A DNA stretch of 64,000 nucleotides from Paramecium tetraurelia (taxonomy: Eukaryota): positions 186,001 through 250,000 of the forward strand of contig CT868252.1 in assembly GCA_000165425.1 (NCBI GenBank), read 5' to 3'. Under the pieces are notes generated by a model that searched no databases, was not told the origin of the DNA, and was given only the letters and a program-made list of their open reading frames with translations. Of the stretch, positions 27,513 through 40,833 are shown one piece after another. The position numbers were made by a program, and so were the translations under genes. Position 1 is the stretch's first letter; each line of letters opens with the position of its first letter.

Positions 27513-27830
27513 ATGATAGAATAGTCCAAATAGAAACGATCTTACACCAAAATACCTCCAAGTAAAAAGAGAGCTTTGATTCATAAGGTTTTTCAAAATG
27601 GATTGCAAATTAAGCAAGTATGCATGAGTATGAAAATGTAGGCAGCTTAGTAATTATAACTGAAGTATGCTACGGCTAAAACAATAATACTTCTTTACAG
27701 AATCAAAGTGGTGAGGAAAAAACTTATATTCCCATCAAATAAACGTTGTTTAATTCTTCCTTTAGACAATAAGAAAAATAATGTTATGATTGTCTCTTTG
27801 GTTGCTGGAAAACTATAAAATTAGAAATGA
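27513..27830 (+). CDS. Small helix-turn-helix (homeodomain-like) protein
   Basis: KRSYTKIPPSKKRALIHKVFQNGLQIKQAAQQLQLKYATAKTII; intron 27618-27641; alternative in-frame ATG at 27465. Confidence 0.75.
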
Positions 27831-28718
27831 AATATTAGATTTAATTCAAAATGAATTTTTCTTCATCTTGTCCACATAATTACATTTTTTCGAGAACTTA
27901 GTGTTATCAAAACTTTTACCTATTTTTGGTATTTACATAATGCTAAATATCTTTGTACCTTTGAGTCATAAATTGATGAATTCTAGAACGGAAACAACCA
28001 AGATTTTATGATTAACAAAATATATATCTACATTCAAATAGGATCCCTATACTTTTTTAAATATTTTATATAGTTAACTCCAACTATTTAACAAAGAGTG
28101 CAAGTTTTGATAAATATATTTAAAATTAAAATTAATATTATACTGTTATAAACAAATTCGTCAATCTTATTTTGGGTTAAGTAAATGGATGGTGCTTCTA
28201 CTTTAATTGAGTCATTATTAATATTAAATTTATTAATTATATAAAAATATATTCATAGTAATCTCTACTTGATATAAAATTTTAATATAAACTTATTTAT
28301 AATTTTTTTTCTTCTCTTCTCCAAAAAATAGATAAAACTTATTAATTTTCTCCATAAAATTAATGTAAGCACAACATAACAAAACATAATGAGCATTCAA
28401 AAAGTTCACTACAATCTAGTTGATTTTCATTTCAATTTTGGAAATTTATATAATTTGATCTGCGTTTTTCTTTATAGAATCTATGCTACATTAAATATGA
28501 ATCAGCTTGATAAATTGGATTTGAATTAAAATGAGTGATGTATATTCATTCAAATTTGATACTATATAATTTATTTATAAATCTAATTAGAGAGCTGCTT
28601 AATACAAATCTAAAATATTATAAATGGGATGTTTGAAATGATATGCTTAGATATAAAGTATTGATGTGTATGACGGGTAAAATATAATATAATAATGATT
28701 TGAATATTTTCATAAGAA

Positions 28719-28943
28719 TCATGCAGATGTTAAACTGACGCTATCCCTAAGTTGATTAATTTAGATATACTGTAATTCTTCATCTTATTCTGATTCTGTT
28801 AACTCATCCATTACAGGAATTCTAACTTAAGTCAGATTATAAATTATTAATCTATTGTTCAAGATTGTCAAAGCTGGACCAAATTAAATTCTCTAACTTC
28901 TCAAAACAGGCATTGCTATTCTTGATATCAAACGAGCAAACAT
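28719..28943 (-). CDS. 74-aa small protein with mitochondrial-presequence-like N-terminus
   Basis: MFARLISRIAMPVLRSQRIQFGP (Arg-rich, no acidic residues) followed by acidic DELTESEQDEE. Confidence 0.5.
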
Positions 28944-29136
28944 AATATTAAAATATTAATTATGGTTAATTGATATTATAAAGGAAGAATTAATTCCAAT
29001 TTAATATATAATATCAATTCAATACATAAAGAATTTGTTTGGATTATGTAAAATGAATTCGTTTATAAAATTGCTCCTATAAGAAGAGAGTTAGTTTATT
29101 TTACAAGAAATATTATTGTAATATGTATTAACAACA

Positions 29137-29972
29137 TCAACGAAAAATTTTCATACTGCCTGTTATTGGCTATTAACAGATACTACACTTCTATAAATTG
29201 ATAGACATAAGAGCACACTATTCACAATACTTCTAATGTCCACATGGTATTAATGCATGAGTAATCTCTCTGTCCATACAAATAATACAACAAGTGTCCT
29301 GTTGTATTTCAGGTTTTTGAGGTTTTTATTCTTCGTTCAAATCTTTAATCTCTTTTATAACTATTTATTTTTTCACTTACCGTTTATTTTATTCAAAGTT
29401 TATTTGTTATGCCATTGATGATTGAATCTAATTAAACTATTCAATTTTATCTTAAATTTGACCTCTTAACTCTTAGTTCTAGGTCTAATTTAGAAATATC
29501 TCCAAATTTGATAATTGTTCATTGATATGATGCTACTGAGTATGGAAATCCATATCAAATAAAGCTGACAGGATACTATCGCAAACCACGAGCATTTCTT
29601 GAATTTGAATGTCGAGGTTTGGATTTTATAATCGATTTTCACTTTGGAAATCCCTTTAGGAAATTTCAAAAACTTCCACGTTCCTTCCATTCATCAGCAG
29701 AAAACATTAATCTTATACTATAACTATCTCAAATTTCAAGTTTTCAATTTTGATCGGAAGCTTGAGATTACGACTTTGTAATAAATTTGGTTATACTTCA
29801 TTTTAGTTTCAAGTATGCAATTATTTAATTTTACAGACCCCTTTTTAAAATCCTAATCATGATCAACAGCAAATACATACACAAAACCATTCTTAATTCG
29901 TATATGCCATTCTTTAGATAATAATTTACCTTTAGGGAACTCTCGAGTATTGATTAGTTTATATTCCTACAT
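29137..29972 (-). CDS. C-terminal RING (C3HC4-type) E3 ligase
   Basis: CIICMDREITHALIPCGHQKYCEQC..CSICQQPI; one 23-nt intron; central coiled coil. Confidence 0.85.
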
Positions 29973-30325
29973 ATATTATGACTTATTGTAATTATTAAAA
30001 TATAAATAATTATGAAAAGTAGAAGTAAAACACTTGTTTTTTGATAAATAAAATTAGATTACTATAGAATAAGATGTTGAAACATTTGAAGTAGTGATGA
30101 ACACTTGAATAATTCAATTAAATAACAAAAGTTTTAAAATTAATAGGTGGAACTCTATTTGTTAAATATGTTGATTAACTACAATTGATGATGGAAGAAA
30201 TTGAAATCAAAAGAACACCCTTGAATTTCTTTGGATTTATAAATGTAAATTTTGTAAATATTCTGGGAATTGTTAATTTCTCAATATAATATAAGTAAAC
30301 GATTATGAAATGTAATTAAATTAAT

Positions 30326-31348
30326 TCACAAATATAAGACCACACAAGTAATATCATCCCTAGCTAAACTATTTCTTTTCCATGCATCCACTGCAAAATT
30401 TAGTAATTTTTATGCTGCCAATTCAGCATTTATATTTTTATCATAACATTGACTCAAAATTGAAACTACATCTTGGGATGACAGGTACTCCCAAATCCCA
30501 TCTGAAGCAAACACTAAGATTTTGTCTTCGTTTGTTAATTCGTACTCTGTAATTTCAGGAGTTGCTATAACTCCAGCTTAAGCACCTAGTCTATCTCCCA
30601 TTGCTCTTGTCATAGCTAATCCTGGTGCATTCAATGTTTTCAACCAGACTCGAAGTGGACCCACTTAATTACCATAAATATCTTATTAAGCAGCTATACG
30701 CCCACCAGCTTTTAATATTCTTATAGCCTCATCTTCTCTAGAAGGCTTTTAGTCCTTTGTTAATTCAATAGTCTACCAAGAATTCCCAGTTTACTTTGCT
30801 ATTACACATCTACTATCACCTACATTGGCTATGTATAACTTATTTAATTTTATCAAACCACAACACAAGGTTGAACCTGCAATAACAGTTTCAATTTTTG
30901 AATTATTGACCAATTCATTATTTGTTTATAAAACACCTTTTATCAATGTTTCTCTTGGATCTAAAAGACTTTGTTCAATATATTTGGGTAGAGTGATTCG
31001 AATAAATCCAGAAACACGCTCACCATTCACCCCATGTCCATCAGCCACACCATAGAAATTCAGCCTCTTTTCTATTATAAATGCATCTTAATTAGTCTTC
31101 TGCTTTCCGCTCATCAATTATCCAGGCAAACTCATTACTCCTAAATTTGTTAATAATTCTTTGCGACCAATTTTCCAAGACTGTCTGAATTAGATTACAA
31201 TCTTACTTAGCATCTGATGTGATTGATGGTAATTTTGGTAGCCTATCGAATGATTGATATTAATAGCGTTTCGGTGTTTCAACTAACAATTGACATCAAA
31301 TAACTTACTGTAAGATTTCTTATAACCATAGGAATACCTGTGAGTCAT
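30326..31348 (-). CDS. Protein phosphatase 2C
   Basis: TNQDAF, VADGHG, ANVGDSR, GLAMTRAMGD, ASDGIWE, DDITCVV. Confidence 0.93.
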
Positions 31349-31368
31349 TTAATTATTATTAATAATAT

Positions 31369-32078
31369 TCAATTCATTAATTCCTCTTTAGCATTGCTTC
31401 TCTTATAACTTCCAAACACACCCAAGTTTCTCGTTTACTTATACTTTTGACTAGTTCTTAATTTTATTTCTCCCTGTGTATTTTCTTATTTAGGAGTGTA
31501 TTAACTATCTTGAATGGAGACAACATATTCTTCCTCTAATTTGAAAATAGCATCTAACAAATGAGAATTATTATCGAATGCCAACTATTTAGCCTTTTAA
31601 AACAATTCAGCTGTTCCCTCCTATTTTGTGAACACAATTCTTAATTGCAAGATTTCTATGTATAACTATACTTATTATATTGGATCTCGACTGATCTTGA
31701 TTGCCTCTAAATAACTAAGTTCTGCAATATCATTTAAATCAACTCTAAAACATCATTAAAATGTATTACAAGAAATATAAATCACCGATTAATGAATAAA
31801 TTTTTATCAACAAATCATCGTCTTCACATATCTCAGCAGCCACTGTTAAAAATTCGTCAATTTTTTTGAATTCTTGTGTTACATCTTAAAATGGTAGTGT
31901 ATTCTCGATCTTTTTAAATTCAATTAACCCATATAAATAGAAAATCTGCATTAATGTTTAGGCTAAATACTTGGCTCATTTAAGGGTCTAATGGATCAGA
32001 GACTCCCATTTTCAGACTCTTTGTTTCAATTGCATGGAGAGCTGATTCATAATCTTCCAAATTTAAATTTAAATTCAT
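31369..32078 (-). CDS. TPR protein, possibly NASP/Hif1-like histone chaperone
   Basis: DPQMSQIFYLYG helix, IYSLIGDLYF..AELSYLEAI TPR, C-terminal RNLGVFG; two 25-nt introns. Confidence 0.6.
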
Positions 32079-33172
32079 ATTAATTAAGTGAATGTTAAAA
32101 TATTTTCTGTTTTTTGAATGTATTTCCAATAGAAAATATATACAAACTAAATATATCTAGAATTATATTTACATTATTTTTGGATGTGTTAATTCAATTT
32201 TTTGATAATTTATATGGAGTTTTTATTTATTATATAAATAAACTTGTTAGAAATATGTTGATAAGAGTATTTGAAAAAAGTCATCATGATCTCAAAAACT
32301 AAGAATAAATCAAATATTTATTAAATTTAAAATGAAGAATAAAGAATTTAAGTTAGACTTCAAAGGGATATATTAATTACTAAATAAATTAAAATTAAAT
32401 TATTTTTATTATAAGCAATTTTAATAAAACACATTTCATTAATTATATAACTCTAAAGATTTAAATAAATTAGTGGATAAATTAAGAAATTTGTCTAGAT
32501 TCGATTAAATAATCAAGATATCACAATTCTTTCTAAATTTCTCTAATTTTTTAGTAAGTTTGAGTAATTTGTAAATAAAATATAATACCAAGATCTAATA
32601 TAAACAATAGAAATCTGTTTAATTAATTTATCAAAAAAACTAAATGATATAAATACTCTATTCCAATTAATCGACTTATGAAATAATGTTCTTCAAAATA
32701 AAATGTTGAAATTTTTGACGTAGTTATCATAAAACTTAAGGTAAATTATACAAATTATTTTATTAAATTAATAGATTCTAGCAAATACCCTAAAAAGACA
32801 ATAATTCTTATACTATTTTTGCAACGAATAATTATTTCTAAAGTATATATCTAATCATCTTTAAAGCTTATGATAGAAGAGAATAAATCATAAATCATCC
32901 AAGTCATTTTCAAAAGAACATGTAAAAAAGTTTTATTAATATAATTATTTTATTATTTTATTTTCGTTTTTTCACTTAATTCTTTTGAATCATTGTTATC
33001 AGTGACTTTTAGCAATTTTTGGTTACGAACCGATTAGTAATTAGGTTAGATTTACATTTTATAAAGTCCAGTTTCTTACCTGAAATTTATAGAAATTAAC
33101 ATTGTCGCAAGTTTTGAATTCTTTGAATATAAGATAATGTATCAGAAGAATGATTTATTAATCAATAAATTA

Positions 33173-36100
33173 ATGGGAATTTGCAGCTCTAAAAAATCTG
33201 ATAAGGAAGCAGGAATATAACTGCAAATAGAGTAAACAGTAGCAGAATAGAAAAAACTGAAAATTGAAGAAGAGCTCTAAGTATAAAACTCAACCAGGCG
33301 TTCAATTTGCAATTAATTTTCTACACTTAACACAAATGGAAATGCTGTCACACTTCATTAAGCTGAATAAGAGGTCTAAGAATATTAGGATGGTGAGCCA
33401 GAACAACAATAACAGCCCAAACAAGCCAAAACTTCAAAGAAGAAGCCTAGATCAACAAAAGATGACGTAAATTACTATAGAAGATCAGATCACGTACTGA
33501 AAGTCTTTTCTTTAGTGGTTGAATTAACTCAAAATGATCAAAAAAAATATTACAATATTACTATTGGAACAAAAATTAAAGATTGTGTACATTATGCTCA
33601 TATGAATGGCATATTGATCACTTAAAATGATTTTGAACTTTTTACTTTACAACCAGAGACATTTAAAGAGGCTAATAAATATTCTCGAATACCAACATTC
33701 TTTTCTACTGATAATTATTTTAATATTGACAAAGAGAGTCCAAATAGCTTTATTTCTTTTGAGAAACTATTAAATATTGAAAGAAAGATTGCTCTAAAGT
33801 AAACTCAAATGAGATCAAAGAAGAAACAGAGCATGATATAAGATTAGCATCTAAATAAAAAAGAAGCTGACTTTATTTTGACCACTAATTTAGAAATGCT
33901 TGAAATTATAACTGTTGTTGATATTGAACAACAGTCAAGATTTTTAAATGTGTTGTTTCATTTGATCCTATAACACTATCATTAAAATCTAGATTAGTAT
34001 TTAGTGTTTATAATAAATACAACATTCTTGTTTGATATACCTCCCTAATTTGATTAACCAAACATGTATAGGTTGGCATTGTTCTATGATAGTCTCTCTT
34101 ACTCTTTAAAAGATCTGTAATAGATTTTACTTAATGATAAAAGCGAATTAAGTAATGTACTACACAAAAAATTGTCATTAAACTTAATAGAGATCCTCAT
34201 TGGCTGTTATGAGAAGTATCTCTACAGACTCAATTTCACAATATCAACAGTATTTTATGTTCCAAAATATAAATCATTTAAGCTGGAATCGTTTGGTAGA
34301 ATGAAAACTTTAATAGAATTCGGTCAAAATCCAGAAGTGACTTTGAAGACTTTGGAGGAAAAGAAATATAAGACGTTTGTAAAAAGTTTCAAGAAAGATT
34401 TATATGCAATAACTGATATGATAATCTACTTCAAAAGGGTTTAGACCTAGAATTTAAGAACCATAACGACAACGAGAAAGAAGTACTTTGTTAACATGAA
34501 GAAAGAGTAATTAGAGAATTTAGAGGAAGAGAAGAATTATTGTTTATTAGCTGAGAAGTTGTTTTGTCATAATCAAGATCGTTATCTACTTGAATTCCTT
34601 AAGATGGCCATATATTCACATGAAGGGAGTGATGTTGATAAAATGATTTAGGATTTCAAATAAGCTACAAACTCTCTTCAGAAAGAATTAAATGAAGTAG
34701 ATTTTTAGTAAGACTCAAAATAATTCGATGAATAAGATTAAAATCAAGAATAGCAAAAACAATCTAACTCTAATTCAGTGGATTTGGATGAGTTGGCTGA
34801 AGTAAAGTAAATAGACAGCTTTCCTGTGAATATAAGAGAAGACTATAAATCTATTGCGTTGAATAAGGACAAAATTTCAGAAGTAGACCAAACGTATTAG
34901 GAGATAATATATCAGTCATTACTCTATGGTAATAAATTTCAAGCTTGTTATGAAAAGTTTCAAACTTTATAGAAACCTATTTTTTAAAATTGTTATGTGG
35001 AGATACTTAATATTTTCTATTTTATTAGACAATATCCAGAAGATTCATGGCAAGAGAAATTAAAAGTTGTTTCTTAAAAGATGGACAAAGTCATTGATAT
35101 CATTAAAACAATAAAGGATGATAGCGTTGACAATTTCCATATTACTCTCCTATTTTAAATTATGACACTGTCTTAAAAGAAACCCTTTGTGATTTTAAAT
35201 TAATTATAGAAATGCATATCTAATCAACTGAAATAAAAGATGTAAATGGATCATAGATTAAGAAGTCAAAATTAAGCTAAAGGGTTACTTGAATAAAAAA
35301 AACATGTAATGTTATAAGTTTGGTCAGCTCTGTCTTATCTCAGCTCAGATAATTATTTTTAGGCAATCAGCAAAATCTAAAAAGCGATAGGATTCTAATT
35401 GAAAAATCAGCATTAAGCATCATTGTCCTATGGTTATTCTTTGTTAGTGAGTGGAGAAATAGCCAGAATAAGTTTAGCACCAGTTTCAGCTATGCTTAAC
35501 TTAGAAATGAGTTTAGTAATTTACAATCAATTCTTTCCAGAATTCAAGTCGGTTGAAGATCAATTAGACATTTAGGATAAATCAGAATACAACCCTTTTT
35601 AAATCAAATATAAAGATATAAAAGTCAAAAATTTAGCTACAAGTAACAAAGCTAAAGTAGAGTTTTTGCTTGGAATGAGTTACTTTGATATCCATGATTA
35701 AGAAAATTCATTGTTGTGCCTCAAAAGAGCTTAAGAGTTGATGTTACGATCATTTCATATTTATGCAGAGGAAGTTGTTTTTCTAGTATTATAGTAATTA
35801 TGGATACATGTTTTACAGGATGACATTGGACATGCTATGAACATTGCATTGTTTTATGCTAATGATATGAATTTATAATATAGAAATGGTCGAGAATTTA
35901 AAAAGAAGATAATTTCAAAATTATAGTTCATAATAGGGTCAATCTTTGAATTTAATGGATAATATTTAAGTGCTATTAGATTTATAGAACGTTCTAATAG
36001 GACATTGACTAATGCAAAAGGTAATAATTTTGTAATTTAAATGCATTACTAAGCCAAGAAGATTCAAATAATTTCAAAATTGAGAGAGGCTTTTTTTAAA

Positions 36101-37270
36101 ATAAAAAGTAAATAATAAGTAAGATGTGAATAAGATTTGAGTTTATTCTAAACTTTGAATGAATCTTTGGGCCAGACATTTCAAACACTTTATTTTAAGT
36201 AACCAATTACTCTGAAAACCTCAGTGTTATTGGGTAAAGTTGGCAAGTAGATAATTCATATTCAAGGTTTGATGAGAACAGATGGATAAACTAAAGCTAT
36301 GAAATTATTGGGAGAACTGATTAAAGCTTTAAATAAGAGTAAAAAGGATGAAATCTATGGTTTGGTCTAGGATAAGTATCTAACATTATCTTTGGAAAAA
36401 ATGAATCCGAAAGAAATCGAAGTGTAAATTCATAGTATAATAGAAATTCATGATAGATACTTGTAATTTCCATTAAAGTAACATCATGTACTCAAGTGTT
36501 AACTTATCCTATTGTGTGTATTATTAAAATAGAAATCCACTAATTAAATATTTGAACATTTCAAAAATATTGAATAAACAATTGAGGATTTCTAAAATAT
36601 CCTATAATGGAAATCATTATCATCTAGTAGCAAAGATGATGTTTATGTTTAAAATAAATTTGAGACCATTGTGAAAAAGGGAAGAATCGCTATGGTCTAT
36701 CAAATTGCTAATGTTACAGAACTAATTGAACTCTTCAATAAATTTAAGAAAAAAATATTTGAAAACTTATAAAATAGGGATAAGTTCGTAGATCTAGCCA
36801 ACTAATATTAGAAGAAGATAATAAACAGTTAAGCTTTTCTAAAATTATTGGAGACTAAGCAAGAATGTTTGCTTGGAAGTTATTCTTAAGTGAAAATAAT
36901 TAATGATGGAGAACATGAATTACAATAAATAGAACCAGTTGCTGCTATTTAAAGGTAAAGTACACAACACTTGAAAGTAGTGGAGTAATCAACAGAGGTT
37001 GATACGAAGGAACATTAGAAGTTGGTTTTTGATTTGAGAAGCATTGAAGAATTAATGGTAGAGAAGAAGTTAGCCCATCATAGAAAAGGGAAAACTTAAG
37101 AAGAACTTTTAAGAATTGAAGAGACACCTGAACCAGAAAAAATGAAGAAATCGCATAAAAGAAATGAGACTGAAATCCCTGTTAATAATGCTCTAAAAAA
37201 GAAGAAAGCTGATTATAAAATAAACCCATTCCAAAGTACTTTGAAAAAACAATAAAAATAGCAATTATGA
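33173..37270 (+). CDS. Large intronless 1365-aa helical/TPR-like protein with N-terminal acylation motif
   Basis: ATG and TGA in the same frame; MGICSSKK; TPR-like KVEFLLGMSYFDIHDQENSLLCLKRAQEL. Confidence 0.8.
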
Positions 37271-37594
37271 TTTTATAGAGTTATTAAATATATTTATAAT
37301 TTAATTTAGTTTATGGCATTATAATTGCTGTTTGATATTAAATTGATTGGTATTCCAAATATGAATTATAATAACTCAATCATTTACTTAACAAATTAAT
37401 TTTAATATGATATCTGTATGAATTACTCTCAAAAGTTTAATTTATATGGCAACCATAATATTATTCATATGTTAAAATGCCAAATAATTATAAATAATGA
37501 AATTCATATATATAATAAAGTTTGTTGGGTTTATTTAAATTAAAATTACTATTAATGAAATTAATAAATTATACAACGAAGGCTTTATTCAATC

Positions 37595-39095
37595 TCAAAG
37601 TGTTTAAGTTAAGTCTTAATACCCTAATCCATGATTAAATACAAGCGTTTTTTGGAATGACTTTTTGAGCATTGCTAGATAATATTAGATGAGTAGTGTT
37701 ACAATAATTGATGTAAAATTACTGCCTTTTTTATTTGACAAACTCTATTGCTTCTTTTAAATCATATTAAAGGATTGAAGCCAAGTAAAGCACTACTATG
37801 GAGGGAGCTCTGCCTATTCCAGCTGTACAATGAACATAGACATATTCATACTCATTTATTAACTTCTTAAGAATTTAAACAGCTTTATTAGATTTCTTTT
37901 CAAAATCTTCAGAATCCATATCGAATATTTAATAGTTCTTCATCACAATATTATGTCGTTTGTAAGCATCTACTATTTGCTCCCAATTGACACCACGATG
38001 AAACATATCCAGACGAGTTTGGAGATTGAGAACTGCTCTCACTTATTTTTACTTTAAGTATAGAATATCCTATTCATTTTATGGATAAGGTCCTATCAAT
38101 ATATTCTCATTTATTTCATAGGTTTAGAATTGCACTACAAAATTCCAATCCAACTTATTTAATCTTCCGAATTCTTCATAATAAAAAAAGGAAGGCTCCT
38201 TATCAGCAAAAGAGTATCCCTAATTATTTTTTTTGATCTTAGATTTTGGAATTTTGGAAGAAGAGAATGATCCATTTTTATGTATTTATCTAGCCTAGAA
38301 TGCAGTGTATATTTGAGTCTTCACTTTTATGGGGTGAAGGTCATATTAATCCAACACTTACCTTATTGAGGATAAATCTGCTGTTTTTAAGTAACGTCCA
38401 TTGCCTCGTTCCCATATCATATTTCCTGTTTCGTCATTTCGTATCACATAATAATATCGAAAGAAGAAGTTTAAAGGATTTACAATAAATGATATCGACC
38501 ATTATTGGATAGGTTCTTGAGTTACTAGAATCACATATGATTGATTTTCTTACAAATATCAATTTTTAATTGCTATTTCATAAGTACAGGTGATTTCCAG
38601 GAACCTATCTCAGGAATAGATCCTATTATCATCATGCGTTCCTTTGGTTGTAGGGTGTGATTGAGTTTTAATTTTATAGTTCTATATCCCCAAAATTCCT
38701 CTAGAATAACATTAGAACTGTATTACGATTGAAGTACTCGCTCTTCTTGCCATTAAGAAGCAAATGTTTGGTGATAATACGATTTTCACCAGGTTCCCAA
38801 AAAGCTTTGCAAATGGAAGGCTCATTATAATCGTTGACTAAGAATTTGTACTCAAATTTTCGGGCGATCCGAGGCATTTTGACACAAATGGTCCATTCAT
38901 TATTCTTTTGTATTTATTATTATATACTTAATTCCATTATAAACGAAGTGCCTTACAAGGATCCCACATTCCTAAGGATTCATCATCTCCACATAAATAA
39001 ATAGCTTATCCAAATTGTGTGATGTAATGAATCTTAAAATAAATTTTAACAATGCGAACATCCGTAAAGGAAGTGTTAGTGGATACTGAGTTCAT
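37595..39095 (-). CDS. Laforin-like glucan phosphatase (two CBM20 domains plus dual-specificity phosphatase)
   Basis: CBM20: CGDDESLGMWD..FEYKF..WEPGENR and IGSIPEIGSW..WERGNGR; DSP: IGPYPQ, AVLNLQT, HCTAGIGRAP; four introns. Confidence 0.9.
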
Positions 39096-39558
39096 TAATA
39101 AATAAATAAAAATTTTAAGATAACTAAAATTATTTTCAAATTTAATTCATAGTCAAGTGGATTTTCAATAAGATTAGAATAAAATCTAAATCATTATAAA
39201 AGTTCACCATATTATTCCTACAAATTATTATCAAAACATATTTCACATCAATGATTAGAGCTAAAATAGATGTTTACATTTAATATTACTATCAATATTG
39301 CATTCTTTATAACATGATAAATAACAATTATTTTACTACATATGCAATGTTGACTACACTCAGTAATTAACAAAGCCAAAATATGCATAATTAATATTAT
39401 TAAATTTTAGTTTTTGATCTTTATTTGTAATTATCAACAGGAACTTACTATTAATAAGTCCGAATTTTCTTGTTTAATTCTTTTTATATATGATAAACTA
39501 ACAATAATAAAAATAAAAACTAAAGTCACTAAAAATAAATTTATATTAAAATTATGAT

Positions 39559-40542
39559 TCAATTATTTCCAAAAACATATCTAGTATAGCCTGGTAATCT
39601 AATCGAATCATCAAGATCTTGTGAAAATCTGGACTATTGTGATATTTTTGAAGTTATTTCATTTTATTCCATTTATTTGCCTTAAAAATTGGTCGTACTA
39701 TCGATTTTGTATTGAAGAACAGGCTATTATTCGATTGACTATCTTGCAGCTAATTGAGGAGGATGAATTAATAAATCTAATTAATGCAAATAGTTATTGT
39801 AAGATTCTTTAGTTGAAAATTTCTTTAGAAACTCATTAAAACTAATTCTACCTGATTTATATTATTAAAGCATGAAGAATACCCTATAATAATCATTCCC
39901 TTTAACTTGAACTCCCTTAGATTTAAGATAACTCACAAAGTCATTGAATACTAAATAGCCTTTTTATTTCTAATCTAATTTTCTAAAAAAGTTTTCAAGC
40001 TATTGAATATCATTTCCTATTTATGTTCTCAGGTGTAAAATGCTCCTTTCCATTTTGGCATATAAGCTAAATATCTAGTGTATTAATTTCTAGTGATCTT
40101 AATTCAAAACTCCTTCGGATAATTATTTTGATTATCTCCATTAAGGTGTAGGTGTGAACTTAAATAGGTTGGCAAACTCTGCATATGAAATTATATTATC
40201 ATCTTCACCACCTAAAGTAGAAAACAAGGACTCAATTTCTTCTCTTTTGAGCAGAATATCTAATTTTTGTAATGTGATAATAAAATCATCTAATTGCAAT
40301 TTCCTATCTCCATTCACATCAAAGAACTCAAAAAGTTTCCATAAACTAAATGTCGGATCATTATTTAATTTGTTTTAGCAATTTGTTAATTACTCAAAAA
40401 CATGATTGGTAGCTATTAAGAAACTAAAAAAATGATATTCCTCAGGTGTAAGTTATTTAAATTATTTTTAGAGTACATTTTTAATATCGTATTACTTATT
40501 ATCATCAACAGCAAGAGGTATAAATGGTTAGGCTTGTTTCAT
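39559..40542 (-). CDS. EF-hand protein
   Basis: LFEFFDVNGDRKLQLDDF, ISYAEF, LDQKQKGYLVFNDF, SGRISFNEF; intronless, 327 aa. Confidence 0.85.
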
Positions 40543-40833
40543 TTTCAAAAATTTTATTTGAAAAATAATAAGTTAAAAAAAATTAGCGCAATCAATCTAT
40601 ATAAATCAAGGACATATTATCATAGTTTGAGAAGAACTTGGATTCTTAGTAAGAATTAGTTTCAAATTTTGTGATTTTTAAGTGTAATTTTATAATTAGA
40701 ACCATTATTCCATGTGATCTTGTCGGAATTAGTCATTTTATATTTATATTTTTGATAAAATATAATGGAATCTAGGATAATTAAATTTTAAATAGTATTT
40801 ATTAGTAATTATTTTAAATAATTTAAATATATT

